Shown here: positions 1 through 11,610 of the stretch, in pieces
Numbering within the stretch: the first letter of the stretch is position 1
How the letters are laid out: every line of letters begins with the position of its first letter
Assembly (NCBI GenBank): GCA_026709935.1
Contig: JAPOSC010000044.1
Span: forward strand, 1,911 to 65,910
DNA length: 64,000 nt
From: Thiotrichales bacterium
GTDB lineage: Bacteria; Pseudomonadota; Gammaproteobacteria; HK1
Reading direction: 5' to 3'
The notes under the pieces: generated by a model
Seen by the model: the letters and a program-made list of their open reading frames with translations, nothing else
Database searches by the model: none
What the model was told of the DNA's origin: nothing
Position numbers and translations under genes: made by a program

Positions 1-69
1 AGCGGTTTTCCGATCCTTGCCGAGCACTAGTGAGAAATTCGAGTTCGCAGAACAAGAGGAGACAGAGGC

Positions 70-1617
70 ATGAGAAATCGAATTTCGGTATCGGTCGCCT
101 GCGCGGCGCTGTTGGCATCGTCGCTTGCACACGGGGCCGGGACGACCCTCAACGTCGGCATGGCGTCGGCCGACGCGGGCAAGCTGGATCCCCATGTCGC
201 CACCACCACGCCCGACAAGGGTCTGCTGCACTGGATGTTCAATGGTCTGGTGCGGATCAAGCCGGGTCAGGCGAGCCCGGCGTTCATCGAGCCCGATCTC
301 GCGGAGAGCTGGACCGCCTCCGCCGACGGTCTGGTCTGGACTTTCAAGCTGCGCCAGGGTGTCGAGTGCCACGGGGAGTACGGAGCGCTCGACGCCAACG
401 ACGTGGTGTTCTCGCTCAGGCGCGCGGCAAACAACGAGACGTCCGGATTCGCCAACGATTTCAAGGCGCTCTCGTCGATCGAGGCGACCGGCGACCATGA
501 GGTGACGATCACGCTCTCCGAACCGGTGCCAAGCCTGCTCGGTCTGCTGGTGGCCTATCACGGCGGCAACATCGTGTGTCAGGACGCCGTGGAGGCGCTG
601 GGCGATCAGTTCCAGCGTTCGCCCATCGGCACCGGCCCCTTCATGTTCGCCGAGTACCAGCCGCAGCAGTACGTGAAGCTGGTGGCGAACGAGGACTACT
701 TCCGCGGCGCGCCGAAGATCAAGGAGATCTACTACCGCTACATCCCGTCGGACGCCAGTCGCGACCTCGCCTTCCAGTCCGGCGAGATCGACATGATCTA
801 CGGCAAGCAGGATCAGACCTGGGTCGAGCGCATCAAGGAGATCCCCGGCACCATGGTGACGGTGATGGAGCCCGGCGAGATGTCGGTCATCCACCTCAAC
901 ATGACCATGCCGCCGCTCGACAACAAGCTGGTGCGCCAGGCCGTGGCTCATGCCATCGACCGCAGCGCCATGGTGCAGTTCAAGGGTGAGGCGGTCACCC
1001 GGGCCGCGGTCTCACCGGTGCCGGAGGGGTATCTCGGCCATACCGGCGACGTGCCGACCTACGAGTACGACGTGGCCGGGGCGAAGGCGTTGCTCGCCGA
1101 GGCGGGCTTTGCCGACGGCGTGACGCTGAAGGCGATCCACACCACCTTGCCCGGCATGCTGACCACCATCGAGGCGGTGCAGGCGCTGCTGAAACAGGCC
1201 GGCATCAATCTCGAAATCGAGCCGGTGGAGCATGCGACCTTCCACCAGCGGATCCGCGAAGATGCTTCCCAGGTGGTCCACTACTCGGCCGCCCGTTTCC
1301 CGATCGCCGATGTCTACCTGACGCAGTTCTATCATTCGGACTCGATCGTCGCGACGCCCTCGGCGATCACCAACTTCTCGCACTGCTCGGTGGCCGACGG
1401 CGAGATCGAGGCGGCGCGGGTCGAGCCGGACTCGGAGAAGCAGAACATGCTCTGGGCCGCGGCGCAGCGCAAGATCATGGAGGAAGTCTGCGCCGTGCCG
1501 ATTTACCAGAACCTCCAGCTCTGGGCCTGGAAGGACACCCTGGATCTCGGCTTCGAGGTGAAGGGATCGCTGAACCTCAGTCCGGCGATTACGGAACTGG
1601 CCAGCTTCAGCAACTGA
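70..1617 (+). CDS. ABC transporter substrate-binding protein, family 5 (peptide/nickel-like)
   Basis: Signal peptide; LDP, PDLAESW and PIGTGPF motifs; first gene of a Dpp/Opp-type operon. Confidence 0.9.
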   Translation: MRNRISVSVACAALLASSLAHGAGTTLNVGMASADAGKLDPHVATTTPDKGLLHWMFNGLVRIKPGQASPAFIEPDLAESWTASADGLVWTFKLRQGVECHGEYGALDANDVVFSLRRAANNETSGFANDFKALSSIEATGDHEVTITLSEPVPSLLGLLVAYHGGNIVCQDAVEALGDQFQRSPIGTGPFMFAEYQPQQYVKLVANEDYFRGAPKIKEIYYRYIPSDASRDLAFQSGEIDMIYGKQDQTWVERIKEIPGTMVTVMEPGEMSVIHLNMTMPPLDNKLVRQAVAHAIDRSAMVQFKGEAVTRAAVSPVPEGYLGHTGDVPTYEYDVAGAKALLAEAGFADGVTLKAIHTTLPGMLTTIEAVQALLKQAGINLEIEPVEHATFHQRIREDASQVVHYSAARFPIADVYLTQFYHSDSIVATPSAITNFSHCSVADGEIEAARVEPDSEKQNMLWAAAQRKIMEEVCAVPIYQNLQLWAWKDTLDLGFEVKGSLNLSPAITELASFSN

Positions 1618-1821
1618 AGAGGCTGTGTCTCGGGCCGAGGAAGGGGCATGTTCGGCGCTCGGTTCGGGCGTGAGCCTCCGCGCGCCACGCGCCCGTGGCC
1701 GCGGCGGGCCTTGATGTGGCGAATCACCTTCGGGAATCCGGCTCGACCATGAAGATCGACACGGCTCAAGGTGTCTAGCCGGAAGCGGCGCGTCGGCCAC
1801 AGCCGGCGCGCCGCCTCGTTT

Positions 1822-1894
1822 CTCCCGCCCAGGCGGGAATGACGCCATCGACAGGGTCACGGTTGTGGCAACAACGTCATTCCCGCCCAGGCGG
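1822..1894. repeat. REP/dRS3-like inverted doublet
   Basis: ctcccgcccaggcgggaatgacg (1822-1844) faces cgtcattcccgcccaggcgg (1875-1894); intergenic after the SBP gene, a typical REP position. Confidence 0.65.
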
Positions 1895-1911
1895 CCCTCC
1901 GGAACGGGCGC

Positions 1912-2859
1912 GTGCCGATGAGTGGTTTTGTCCTCAAGCGCGTCGGCTTTGCCGTCATCACGCTGTTCGCGGTCCTGACCATCGTCTTCTTCATCGTCCG
2001 CGTTCTGCCGGGCGATCCGGCGCTGGTCATTCTGGGCGACCAGGCCAGCATGGAGGCGATCGAGGCGCTGCGGGCGCGTCTCGGTCTGGATCGCCCGCTG
2101 GCGGTGCAGTATCTGGACTTCCTCTCCGGCGTGGTCATCGGCGAGTGGGGGGTCTCGATGGTCTCCGGCCGGCCGGTCATCGAGGAAATCCTGAAGGTGC
2201 TGCCGGCCACCATCGAGCTGACCGTGGTTTCCCTGATCCTCGGGGCCGCGCTGGGTATTCCGCTGGGGATCTGGTCGGCCATTCGCCGCAACAGCCTGCC
2301 GGACTACGTGACGCGCCTGGCCTCCCTGCTCGGGCTTTCCTTCCCGGCGTTCGTCTCCGCGATTCTGCTGCTGCTCGTTTTCGCCATCCAGCTTCGCTGG
2401 TTTCCGGTGATCAGTTCCATCCAGGGCGAGAGCATCGGAGAGCGACTGCGGGATCTGGCGCTGCCGGCGGTCAACCTGGGCATCATCATGGCGGCGTACA
2501 TCACCCGTGTCGCCCGTTCCGCCATGCTGGAGGTGCTCAATCAGGACTATGTGCGTACCGCGTACGCCAAGGGCATCGACTTCACCGCCGTCATCCTGCG
2601 CCACTGCCTGCGAAACACCCTGATTCCGGTGGTCACCGTGGTGGGCCTCTACCTGGGGATCCTCATCGGCAACTCGGTGCTGACCGAGATCGTGTTCAAC
2701 CGGCCGGGCCTCGGCAAGCTGATCGTCGGGGCCCTGAACCAGCGCGACTACACCATGCTGCAGGGCATGATGGTCATCTACACCCTGATCGTGGTGGCGG
2801 TGAATCTGATCACCGATCTCACCTACGGCCTCATCGACCCGAGGATCAAGTACCGATGA
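1912..2859 (+). CDS. Peptide ABC transporter permease (DppB-like)
   Basis: LPGDPA, LGLDRPL..QY and [10 protein letters not shown] (EAA loop) motifs; start may be 1918. Confidence 0.92.
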   Translation: MPMSGFVLKRVGFAVITLFAVLTIVFFIVRVLPGDPALVILGDQASMEAIEALRARLGLDRPLAVQYLDFLSGVVIGEWGVSMVSGRPVIEEILKVLPATIELTVVSLILGAALGIPLGIWSAIRRNSLPDYVTRLASLLGLSFPAFVSAILLLLVFAIQLRWFPVISSIQGESIGERLRDLALPAVNLGIIMAAYITRVARSAMLEVLNQDYVRTAYAKGIDFTAVILRHCLRNTLIPVVTVVGLYLGILIGNSVLTEIVFNRPGLGKLIVGALNQRDYTMLQGMMVIYTLIVVAVNLITDLTYGLIDPRIKYR

Positions 2860-3752
2860 ACGCCGCTGTCCCCGGCCGGCGCGTGTCCCATCTGCGTCTC
2901 GGCCTGGCCGCGGCCGCCCGCGGTCTGGTACGGGCCTTCAACACCAACAAGACGTCCTGGGTGGGACTGGTGGTCTTTCTCGTCGTCTGCCTGCTTGCGA
3001 TCCTGGCCCCGCTGATTGCGGTGCACGACCCGCTGGAGCAGAACATCCTGTTCCGGCTCAAGCCGCCCTCGTCCGAGCACTGGATGGGCACCGACTACTA
3101 CGGCCGGGACATCTTCTCGCGTCTGCTCCACGGTGCGCGGATCTCCCTGGTCATCGGTCTGCTCGCGATCGGGGTCGCGATGATCATCGGCTCCTTCATC
3201 GGCCTCGTGGCCGGCTATCGCGGCGGGCGCACCGACATCATCATGATGCAGACCATGGATGTGCTGCTGGCCTTCCCCTCGCTGATCCTGGGGCTCATCG
3301 TGGTGGCCATGCTCGGGCCGAGCATCACCAACCTGGTGATCGCCATCGCGCTCACCGCCATTCCGCCCTTCGCCCGCATCGCCCGGGCGCCGACCATCGC
3401 CGTCAAGGAACGGGAATTCATCGAGGCGGGCCGGGCCCTCGGCTACTCCGACATGCGGCTGATGCTGGGGCACATCCTGCCCAACATCCTGCCGGAGATT
3501 CTGGTCATGGGCTCGCTGTGGCTGGCGACCGCGATCCGCGTCGAGGCCTCCCTCGCCTTCATCGGCCTCGGCGTCGCGCCGCCGATCGCCACCTGGGGCG
3601 GCATGATCCGCGAGGGCTTCGAGAACATTCTCGACAGCCTCTGGCTCACCCTCTTTCCCTCCATCGCGATTCTCGTGGTGGTCTTCGCCCTGAACCTTCT
3701 GGGCGACGGACTGCGCGACGCCATCGATCCGAAGCTCAGGGGCGAGCAGTGA
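2856..3752 (+). CDS. Peptide ABC transporter permease (DppC-like)
   Basis: [21 protein letters not shown] and [11 protein letters not shown] motifs; ATGA overlap with the upstream stop. Confidence 0.92.
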   Translation: MNAAVPGRRVSHLRLGLAAAARGLVRAFNTNKTSWVGLVVFLVVCLLAILAPLIAVHDPLEQNILFRLKPPSSEHWMGTDYYGRDIFSRLLHGARISLVIGLLAIGVAMIIGSFIGLVAGYRGGRTDIIMMQTMDVLLAFPSLILGLIVVAMLGPSITNLVIAIALTAIPPFARIARAPTIAVKEREFIEAGRALGYSDMRLMLGHILPNILPEILVMGSLWLATAIRVEASLAFIGLGVAPPIATWGGMIREGFENILDSLWLTLFPSIAILVVVFALNLLGDGLRDAIDPKLRGEQ

Positions 3753-5563
3753 AGGGGGAGCGGGAAGCGGACGCCGATGCCCCCCCGGTTCTGACGATCC
3801 GCGAACTCACCACTTCGTTCCGGGTGCACGGCGAATGGAAGGCGGTGGTGCGCGACGTGAGCTTCGAGATCGGGGCGCGCGAGACGGTCGCGGTGGTCGG
3901 CGAATCCGGTTCCGGCAAGAGCGTGACCGCGCTCTCCATCATGCGCCTCATTCCCACCGCCAACGGTCGTATCGCCGGACACATCGCGCTGGAGGGCCGC
4001 ACGCTGACGGAGCTCTCCGAAGAGGCCATGCGCGATGTGCGCGGCGGGGAGATCGGCATGATCTTCCAGGAGCCCATGACCTCGCTCAACCCGGTTCTGA
4101 CCATCGGCTTTCAGGTATCCGAAGCGCTGCGCCGGCACCGCGGTCTCGGGCTTGCGGAGGCCGATCGCGAGGCCCTGCATCTTCTCGATCTGGTGCGCAT
4201 TCCCGATGCCCGGCGCCGCTTCAACGAGTATCCGCACACCTTTTCCGGCGGCATGCGCCAGCGGGTGATGATCGCCATGGCGCTGGCCTGCCGGCCCCGG
4301 CTGTTGATCGCGGACGAGCCGACCACGGCTCTCGATGTGACGATCCAGGCGCAAATCCTGGAGCTGATCCGCGAGCTGCAGGGCGAGATCGGCATGTCGG
4401 TGATGTTCATCACCCACGACATGGGGGTGGTGGCGGAGATTGCGGATCGGGTGGTGGTGATGCTGGAAGGCGAAAAGGTCGAGGAGGACGATGTCGTCCC
4501 GCTCTTTGCCGCGCCGAGTCATCCCTACACCCGGCGACTTCTGGCCTCCGTCCCGAAGCTCGGAGCGCTGGCCGGCGGCGCCGCGCCCCGACGCTTTTCG
4601 AGCGACCGGGACGAGGTTGCGAGCGAGGAGCCGGACCGGCGCGGCGAACCGATTCTTCAGGTCATGGACCTCACCACCCGCTTTGCGGTGCGCGGCGGTC
4701 TGTTCGGTCGCACCATCGGCAACATCCACGCCGTCGAAGGGGTGTCGTTCAGCCTGCGCGAGAGTGAGACGCTTTCACTCGTGGGAGAAAGCGGATGCGG
4801 CAAGTCCACCACCGGACGTTCGATCCTGCGCCTCATCGAGCCGCGGGCCGGCACCATCCGCTTCGAAGGGCACGATCTCGGACAGGCCGACAAGGCGGAG
4901 CTGCGCGATGTCCGCAAGCGCCTGCAAATGATCTTCCAGGACCCCTACGGATCGCTCAATCCGCGCAAGACCGTCGGGTCGGCCATCCGTGAACCCATGC
5001 TGGTGCACGGGCTGTGCAGTCGGGAGGAGGCGGACGAGCGGGTCGAGAAGCTGCTGTTGCAGGTGGGTCTGGAGCCCGAGTACGCGTTGCGTTTTCCTCA
5101 CGAGTTCTCCGGCGGTCAGCGCCAGCGGCTCTGCATCGCCCGCGCCCTGGGTCTGGAGCCGCGGGTCATCGTTGCCGACGAGTCGGTTTCCGCCCTCGAT
5201 GTCTCGATCAAGGCTCAGGTGATCAACCTGATGCTGGACCTCCAGGCCGAGCTCGGACTGGCCTATCTCTTCATCAGCCACGACATCGCCATCGTCGAGC
5301 GGGTCAGCCATCGCATCGCGGTGATGCTGCTGGGCGAGGTGGTGGAGATCGGCCCGCGGGCAGCCGTCCTCGACATGCCGCACCACCCCTACACCCGGAA
5401 GCTGATCCAGGCGGTGCCGCGGCCGGACCCCGGTCTTCGCCGCGGCCGGGTCGGCCTGGACACCGAGGAGATTCGGAGCCCGGTGCACCCCCCGGGCCAC
5501 GAAGTGGCGCAACGCCCGATGGTCGAGGTCGGGCCGGACCACTTCGTGCGCGCCTTCGATTAG
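3749..5563 (+). CDS. Peptide ABC transporter ATP-binding protein (fused DppD/F)
   Basis: Two NBDs ([16 protein letters not shown] and [16 protein letters not shown]); GTGA overlap at 3749. Confidence 0.92.
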   Translation: MKGEREADADAPPVLTIRELTTSFRVHGEWKAVVRDVSFEIGARETVAVVGESGSGKSVTALSIMRLIPTANGRIAGHIALEGRTLTELSEEAMRDVRGGEIGMIFQEPMTSLNPVLTIGFQVSEALRRHRGLGLAEADREALHLLDLVRIPDARRRFNEYPHTFSGGMRQRVMIAMALACRPRLLIADEPTTALDVTIQAQILELIRELQGEIGMSVMFITHDMGVVAEIADRVVVMLEGEKVEEDDVVPLFAAPSHPYTRRLLASVPKLGALAGGAAPRRFSSDRDEVASEEPDRRGEPILQVMDLTTRFAVRGGLFGRTIGNIHAVEGVSFSLRESETLSLVGESGCGKSTTGRSILRLIEPRAGTIRFEGHDLGQADKAELRDVRKRLQMIFQDPYGSLNPRKTVGSAIREPMLVHGLCSREEADERVEKLLLQVGLEPEYALRFPHEFSGGQRQRLCIARALGLEPRVIVADESVSALDVSIKAQVINLMLDLQAELGLAYLFISHDIAIVERVSHRIAVMLLGEVVEIGPRAAVLDMPHHPYTRKLIQAVPRPDPGLRRGRVGLDTEEIRSPVHPPGHEVAQRPMVEVGPDHFVRAFD

Positions 5564-5727
5564 CCCGGATTTCTCGCCCTGCCCCTTCCGGATCCCCGCG
5601 TACTCCGGTCGCGGTTCTTCTGCGCAGGACTTATACTGAAGCCGGAAGGAAGCGAGGTGCGCCGTCTGCGTCGTCGGCCCCCGACGAGCGGTGCTTCGGG
5701 TGAGGGTTCGGGGTGCGTCCGGAGAGG

Positions 5728-6057
5728 ATGGACGACAGAATCGCAAAGTTCCGCATCGGACAGATCGTGCGCCACCGCGTCTACCCGTTTCGCGGGGTGA
5801 TCTTCGATGTCGACCCGGTCTTCAGCAACACCGAGGAGTGGTGGGAATCGATCCCCGAGGACGCGCGTCCCTGCAAGGATCAGCCCTTCTACCACCTGCT
5901 TGCGGAGAACGAGTCGTCGACGTACATCGCATACGTTTCGGAGCAGAACCTGCTCGTCGATGAATCCGGCGAACCGGTGCAGCACCCGAACGTCTCCGAC
6001 CTCTTCGGCGAGCTGGACGCCGGGCAGTATGCGGTGCTCGACGCGATGATCCACTGA
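5728..6057 (+). CDS. hspQ: Heat shock protein HspQ
   Basis: KFRIGQIVRH..YPFRGVIFDVDP and DQPFYHLLAEN motifs. Confidence 0.88.
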   Translation: MDDRIAKFRIGQIVRHRVYPFRGVIFDVDPVFSNTEEWWESIPEDARPCKDQPFYHLLAENESSTYIAYVSEQNLLVDESGEPVQHPNVSDLFGELDAGQYAVLDAMIH

Positions 6058-6178
6058 CCGGGACGACCCGCCCCGATCGACCCTCTCCCGACCCCGTCCC
6101 GATTGTCCCCATGCCCGCGGGATGTCCTGCACGACATCGCGATCGAGAAGGATCCAGGTGACCTGAGGAGTCCGAACC

Positions 6179-7096
6179 ATGTCGCATCCGAAGTACGTCT
6201 ACCTCAACGATCGGGTCGTCCCGTGGGAAGAGGGCAGGGTCCATGTCGCCTCGGTCGGGTTCAAGTTCGGCATCGGGGTCTTCGAGGGCCTGCGTGGTTA
6301 CTGGAACCCCGAGAAGGAGCAGATGTACGTCCTGCAGCTCGCTGAACACATGCGGCGGCTGGAGTATTCGCAGCGGTTCATGCGGTTCGACGAGATCCTC
6401 CCGGGGCCGGTGGTGGGCGAGAAGATCCTGGAACTCCTGCGGGCGAACGCGTTCAGGGAGAACGTCCACGTCATGTCCACGGTGTTCGTCGAGGGGTTCG
6501 GCCCCCCGCACACCACGGGTCCGATCGGGCTCTCGATTCTCTCCGGTCCGCGCCACGACATCCCCAGAACCGAGACCGGTTGCACCGCCCACATCAGCTC
6601 CTGGCAGCGCGTCCCGGACACCGCGATGCCCATGAGGGTGAAGTGCAACGCGAACTACCAGAACGGACGGCTCGCCACGTTGCAGGCCCGGACCGACGGC
6701 TACGACACCGCCATTCTGCTCAACAGCCGCGGCAAGATCGCCGAGGGCCCCGGCATGTGCGTGTTCATGATCCGCGACGACAAGGCGGTGACGCCGCCGG
6801 TGACCAGTGACATTCTGGAGAGCATCACCCGGCAGACCGTGATGACGCTGTGCCGCGAGTACCTGGACATGGAGGTGGTCGAGCGCGACATCGATCGCAG
6901 CGAGTTCGCGGCGGCGGAGGAGGCGTTCTTCTGCGGCACCGCGTGGGAGGTGACGCCGCTCGTGGGTGTGGATCGTCTGGCCATCGGTGACGGAGAAGTC
7001 GGACCGGTGGTGCGTCGGCTCCAGGAGGTGTTCTTCGGGATCGCGACCGGCACGTGCGACGACCACGCCGAATGGCGCACGCCGGTGTACGGCTGA
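6179..7096 (+). CDS. ilvE: Branched-chain amino acid aminotransferase (PLP class IV)
   Basis: GVFEGLR, KCNANY (PLP Lys), EGPGMC, LESITRQTV and CGTAWEVTP motifs; exact substrate uncertain. Confidence 0.75.
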   Translation: MSHPKYVYLNDRVVPWEEGRVHVASVGFKFGIGVFEGLRGYWNPEKEQMYVLQLAEHMRRLEYSQRFMRFDEILPGPVVGEKILELLRANAFRENVHVMSTVFVEGFGPPHTTGPIGLSILSGPRHDIPRTETGCTAHISSWQRVPDTAMPMRVKCNANYQNGRLATLQARTDGYDTAILLNSRGKIAEGPGMCVFMIRDDKAVTPPVTSDILESITRQTVMTLCREYLDMEVVERDIDRSEFAAAEEAFFCGTAWEVTPLVGVDRLAIGDGEVGPVVRRLQEVFFGIATGTCDDHAEWRTPVYG

Positions 7097-7275
7097 CGGC
7101 TGGTGCGAGCCCTCGCCGTTTCGATGTTGCCGGCGTCGTGCGTGGGGCGACCCTCGGCCGCCGCGGGTGGACCTCCGGATTCCCGTCCGTCACGCCCCCA
7201 TCCATCGCGCCGCTATCCATCCCGCTTGTGTAGCTCCGGCCGCCATCGAACGACGACTACCCTCGGAATGCCGAC

Positions 7276-7776
7276 ATGACCGGCCCGGTTCTCGTGGAAC
7301 GCATCGAGGCGGCGCTCGAAGCGTCCGGGGTCGAGTACGAGATCTTCCCCTGCGATCCGGAGCTCGCCGACACTGCAGTGTTCTGCGAACGCTACGGCTA
7401 CCCGCTCGACGTTTCCGCGAACACCATTCTCGTGAAGGCGAAGACCGGCGGTGAGCGCTATGTCGTCTGCGTGGTCCTTGCCAACACCCGGCTCGACGTG
7501 AACCGCACCGTGCGCAAGCGGATCGGCGCGCGCCGGGTGTCATTCGCGTCGGCTGACGAGACCCGCGCGGCCACGGGGATGGAGATCGGCGGGGTGACCC
7601 CCCTGGCCTTGCCCGAGCAGCTCGAGATCTGGGTGGACGCCCGCATCATGGCCTGCGAATGGATCATCCTCGGCGGCGGTGACCGGGCGCACAAGGTCAA
7701 GGTGGCGCCCGCGCTGTTCGAGCGGATGCCGTCCGTCACCGTGGTCGAGGGACTGGCGCTCGATCCGTCGGCATGA
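7276..7776 (+). CDS. YbaK/EbsC aminoacyl-tRNA deacylase family protein
   Basis: [18 protein letters not shown] and ILGGG motifs. Confidence 0.8.
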   Translation: MTGPVLVERIEAALEASGVEYEIFPCDPELADTAVFCERYGYPLDVSANTILVKAKTGGERYVVCVVLANTRLDVNRTVRKRIGARRVSFASADETRAATGMEIGGVTPLALPEQLEIWVDARIMACEWIILGGGDRAHKVKVAPALFERMPSVTVVEGLALDPSA

Positions 7777-7885
7777 GTGCCGTGCATCCCCCCTCTGCTC
7801 CGTCCGATCCGGCATCGACGCCGCCGCCGCGACTGCGGTACGTTTCGGTTCCGCGGCAATCGCGGGACTCCACCATCCTCGGGAC

Positions 7886-9223
7886 ATGACGCGCAAGCTC
7901 TACATCCGGACCTTCGGCTGCCAGATGAACGAGTACGACTCCGCGCGTACCGCGGATCTGCTTGCGGCGTCGCACGGGCTGGAGCGCACCGCCCGCGCCG
8001 AGGATGCGGATGTCCTGCTCGTCAACACCTGCTCGGTGCGCGAGAAGGCGGCGGAGAAGCTCTTCTCCGAGGTCGGCCGCTGGCGGGCCTGGAAGGAGGC
8101 GCGTCCCGACCTCGTGATCGGGGTCGGCGGCTGCGTGGCGAGCCAGGAGGGGGCGGCGATCCGAGAGCGTGCCCCGTACGTCGACGTGGTGTACGGACCC
8201 CAGGCCCTGCATCGCCTGCCGGAGATGATCGATCCGCGCCGCTCCCGCGCCCCGGCGGTGGACGTTTCCTTCCCCGAAATCGAGAAGTTCGACCGCCTCC
8301 CGGAGCCGAGGGCCGAGGGCCCCACCGCGTTCGTGTCGGTGATGGAGGGGTGCAGCAAGTACTGCTCGTTCTGCGTGGTGCCCTATACGCGGGGCGAGGA
8401 GTTCAGCCGCCGATTCGACGACGTGATCGCCGAGACCGCGGCGCTGGCGGAGCAGGGGGTCCGCGAGATCACCTTCCTCGGCCAGAACGTGAACGCCTAC
8501 CGTGGAGCCATGCACGACGGCCGCGAGTGCGATCTTGCCTTGCTCATCGCCTACGCCGCCGCGATGGAGGGAGTCGACAGGATTCGATACACGACCTCGC
8601 ATCCGGCCGAACTCACCGGCAGCCTCATCGATGTGTACGGGGAGGTGCCGGAGCTGGTGAGTCACCTCCATCTTCCGGTGCAGAGCGGCAGCGATCGGAT
8701 CCTCGCGCTGATGAAACGCGGCTACACCGTCCGGGACTACGTCGACAAGGTGCGGCGGCTGCGCGCCGTACGTCCCGATCTCAGCCTGTCCTCGGACTTC
8801 ATCGTGGGCTTTCCGGGCGAGACCGACGCCGATTTCGAAGCCACGATGGACCTCATCGACGAGGTCGGCTTCGATACCTCGTTTTCGTTCATCTACAGCG
8901 CCCGCCCCGGCACCCCGGCCGCCGGACTGCCCGATCCCGTGTCCCTCGACACCAAGCGCGAGCGCCTCGCCCGGCTCCAGGCCCGGCTCTCGGTGCTCGC
9001 GCGCGAGGTGTCGGAGGCGATGGTCGGCCGTCGGCTTCCGGTGCTCGTCGAGGGGCCGTCGAAGAAGGATCCGGACGAACTCCGCGGCCGTACCGCGAAC
9101 AACCGGGTGGTGAACTTCTCCGGTCCGCCCGACCTCGCCGGCACGTTCGCCGACGTGACGATCGTGGAGGCGCTTCCGAATTCGCTGCGAGGCGCGCTGG
9201 CGGGCGCGCCGTCCCGGCCGTGA
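7886..9223 (+). CDS. miaB: tRNA-i6A37 methylthiotransferase MiaB
   Basis: [27 protein letters not shown]-terminal TRAM domain. Confidence 0.95.
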   Translation: MTRKLYIRTFGCQMNEYDSARTADLLAASHGLERTARAEDADVLLVNTCSVREKAAEKLFSEVGRWRAWKEARPDLVIGVGGCVASQEGAAIRERAPYVDVVYGPQALHRLPEMIDPRRSRAPAVDVSFPEIEKFDRLPEPRAEGPTAFVSVMEGCSKYCSFCVVPYTRGEEFSRRFDDVIAETAALAEQGVREITFLGQNVNAYRGAMHDGRECDLALLIAYAAAMEGVDRIRYTTSHPAELTGSLIDVYGEVPELVSHLHLPVQSGSDRILALMKRGYTVRDYVDKVRRLRAVRPDLSLSSDFIVGFPGETDADFEATMDLIDEVGFDTSFSFIYSARPGTPAAGLPDPVSLDTKRERLARLQARLSVLAREVSEAMVGRRLPVLVEGPSKKDPDELRGRTANNRVVNFSGPPDLAGTFADVTIVEALPNSLRGALAGAPSRP

Positions 9224-9284
9224 ACGCCGCGATCCGCATGCGAACCCCGTCCCCGAACCACCGACTCCGAGCCGAGGCCTCCCC

Positions 9285-10274
9285 CTGAACGTTCCCACCG
9301 CACGCACCGAAACGGATATCCACCTCGAACCTGCGGACAACGAGCGGCTCGCAAGCCTGTGCGGTCCGCTCGACCGGCACCTCCGACAGTTGGAGCACCG
9401 TTTCGGGGTCGAGATCTCCACGCGGGGCCATGTGTTCCAGGTGCTCGGGGAGCCCGCCCCGGTCCGGGCGGCGAGCGCGACCATCCGCAAGCTCTACGCC
9501 TCGACCGGCGAAGAATCGCTCACCGCCGAGCGGGTCCACCTGTTCCTGCAGGAGTCGGAGATCGAGGAGAGCCTCGACGAGGCGTCCGGCGAGACCCCTG
9601 GCACCGGTGAATCGGTCAGGGTCCGACGCGGCGTGGTGCACGGCCGCGGCCGCAATCAGACCCGGTACCTGCGGGCGGTGCGTACGCATGATGTCAACTT
9701 CGGCATCGGTCCGGCCGGCACCGGCAAGACGTACCTCGCGGTGGCGCGCGCGGTGGAGGCGCTGGAGACCGACCGGGTCACGCGCATCGTGCTGGTGCGT
9801 CCCGCGGTGGAGGCGGGCGAGCGGCTCGGGTTTCTTCCCGGCGATCTCCAGCAGAAGGTCGACCCGTACCTCCGCCCCCTGTTCGACGCGCTTCACGAGA
9901 TGCTCGGCTACGAGCGCACCGCAAAGCTCATGGACCGCAACGTCATCGAGGTGGCGCCGCTCGCGTACATGCGCGGCCGTACCCTGAACGAGTCGTTCAT
10001 CATTCTGGACGAGGCGCAGAATACTTCGGTGGCGCAGATGAAGATGTTTCTCACCCGCATCGGTTTCGGTTCCACCGCAGTGGTGACCGGCGATGTGACC
10101 CAGATCGATTTGCCCGACGGTCAGGGTTCGGGGCTCCGCCACGCAGTCGATGTGCTGCGGTCGGTGAAGGGGATCACCTGGACGTGGTTCGATTCCAGGG
10201 ACGTGGTGCGCCACCCGATGGTGTCGCGGATTCTCGACGCCTACGACGCGGCCGATGAGGGCGAGCGGGGATGA
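9285..10274 (+). CDS. ybeZ: PhoH-family ATPase YbeZ
   Basis: GPAGTGKTYLAVA and ILDEAQN motifs; conserved N-terminus LEPADNERLASLCG lies upstream of the track start (9390), probable CTG start at 9285. Confidence 0.9.
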   Translation: MNVPTARTETDIHLEPADNERLASLCGPLDRHLRQLEHRFGVEISTRGHVFQVLGEPAPVRAASATIRKLYASTGEESLTAERVHLFLQESEIEESLDEASGETPGTGESVRVRRGVVHGRGRNQTRYLRAVRTHDVNFGIGPAGTGKTYLAVARAVEALETDRVTRIVLVRPAVEAGERLGFLPGDLQQKVDPYLRPLFDALHEMLGYERTAKLMDRNVIEVAPLAYMRGRTLNESFIILDEAQNTSVAQMKMFLTRIGFGSTAVVTGDVTQIDLPDGQGSGLRHAVDVLRSVKGITWTWFDSRDVVRHPMVSRILDAYDAADEGERG

Positions 10275-10735
10275 ACTCCGGGGTGGAGGTGCAGCGTGCG
10301 TGCGCGGCGCCCGGAATCCCGGCGGCGGCGAAGCTCGTGGAGTGGGCCGAGGCCGCGCTCGACGGCCGCTCCGAGGGTGCGCACATGACGGTGCGGGTGG
10401 TGGACGAGACCGAGGGAGCGGCGCTCAATGCCCGCTACCGCGGCAGAACGGGCGCCACCAATGTCCTCGCCTTCGGATTCGATGCCCCGGAGGCTCCTTC
10501 CGTGCGCATTCTCGGCGACATCGTTGTCTGCGCGCCGGTGGCCGCCCGCGAGGCCCACGAGCACGCGAAGCGCCCCGATGCGCACTGGGCGCATCTCGTC
10601 GTTCACGGCACCCTGCACCTGCTCGGCTACGACCACGACGAGCTCGATGCGGCCGGGGAGATGGAGGCGCTGGAGCGCGAGATCCTCGCCCGGCTCGGTT
10701 ATCCCGACCCCTACGCGGACGAGGTCGGGTCGTGA
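10271..10735 (+). CDS. ybeY: rRNA maturation RNase YbeY
   Basis: HLVVHGTLHLLGYDH motif; synteny. Confidence 0.95.
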   Translation: MNSGVEVQRACAAPGIPAAAKLVEWAEAALDGRSEGAHMTVRVVDETEGAALNARYRGRTGATNVLAFGFDAPEAPSVRILGDIVVCAPVAAREAHEHAKRPDAHWAHLVVHGTLHLLGYDHDELDAAGEMEALEREILARLGYPDPYADEVGS

Positions 10736-11598
10736 ACGAACCTCCGGACGGCGGTCCGAGTACGCGGCTCTGGTTCGGGCGCGTCTTCCGGGCGTTGCGG
10801 GGCGAGCGGAGCGAGCCCGGGGATCGGCGGGCGCTCGTCCGTCTTCTGCGCGACGCCGAACGGCGCAACGTGCTCGGCCCCGATGCGCTGGCCATGATCG
10901 AGGGCGCGCTCTCGGTCGGCGACATGCAGGTGCGCGACATCATGGTGCCGCGCGCACAGATGGTAGTCATCGACGGGGATCGGCCACCGGAGGAGTTCGT
11001 GGGCGCGGTGGTCGAATCGGGGCATTCGCGCTTTCCGGTGATCGGCGACAACCGCGACGAGGTGGAGGGGATCCTGTTCGCCAAGGATTTGCTCAGCCAC
11101 TTCGCGCGCAACGGAGACAATCGCTTCAACCTCGCGGACGCGATGCGCAGAGCGGTCTTCATCCCCGAGAGCAAGCGGCTCGATGTCCTGCTCCGGGAGT
11201 TCAGAGCCGGCCGCAACCACATGGCGATCGTGGTCGACGAGTATGGTGGGGTGGCCGGTCTCGTCACCATCGAGGACGTGCTGGAGCAGATCGTGGGAGA
11301 GATCGACGACGAGCACGACACCGGCGACGAGCATCTCATCAGCGCGCACTCCAACGGCGAGTTCACGGTGAAGGCGCGCGCCCCGGTCGAGGATTTCAAC
11401 GAGTACTTCAACAGCGCGTTCGACGACGAGGAGTCGGACACCATCGGAGGCATCGTGGTGCGGGCCTTCGCCCGCCTTCCCTCCCGTCACGAGCAGGTCA
11501 CTCTCGACGGGTTTCGTTTCACGGTGGTCCGCGCCGACAAGCGCCGCGTTCATCTGCTTCGAGTGCGACCGCTCGGAGACGAGGGCGGGGCGGACTGA
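10732..11598 (+). CDS. corC: Mg/Co efflux CBS-domain protein CorC
   Basis: VRDIMVPR, GHSRFPV, HMAIVVDEYGG and IEDVLEQIVGEIDDEHD motifs; GTG start overlapping the ybeY stop. Confidence 0.93.
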   Translation: MNEPPDGGPSTRLWFGRVFRALRGERSEPGDRRALVRLLRDAERRNVLGPDALAMIEGALSVGDMQVRDIMVPRAQMVVIDGDRPPEEFVGAVVESGHSRFPVIGDNRDEVEGILFAKDLLSHFARNGDNRFNLADAMRRAVFIPESKRLDVLLREFRAGRNHMAIVVDEYGGVAGLVTIEDVLEQIVGEIDDEHDTGDEHLISAHSNGEFTVKARAPVEDFNEYFNSAFDDEESDTIGGIVVRAFARLPSRHEQVTLDGFRFTVVRADKRRVHLLRVRPLGDEGGAD

Positions 11599-11610
11599 AC
11601 GGGACGCCTC

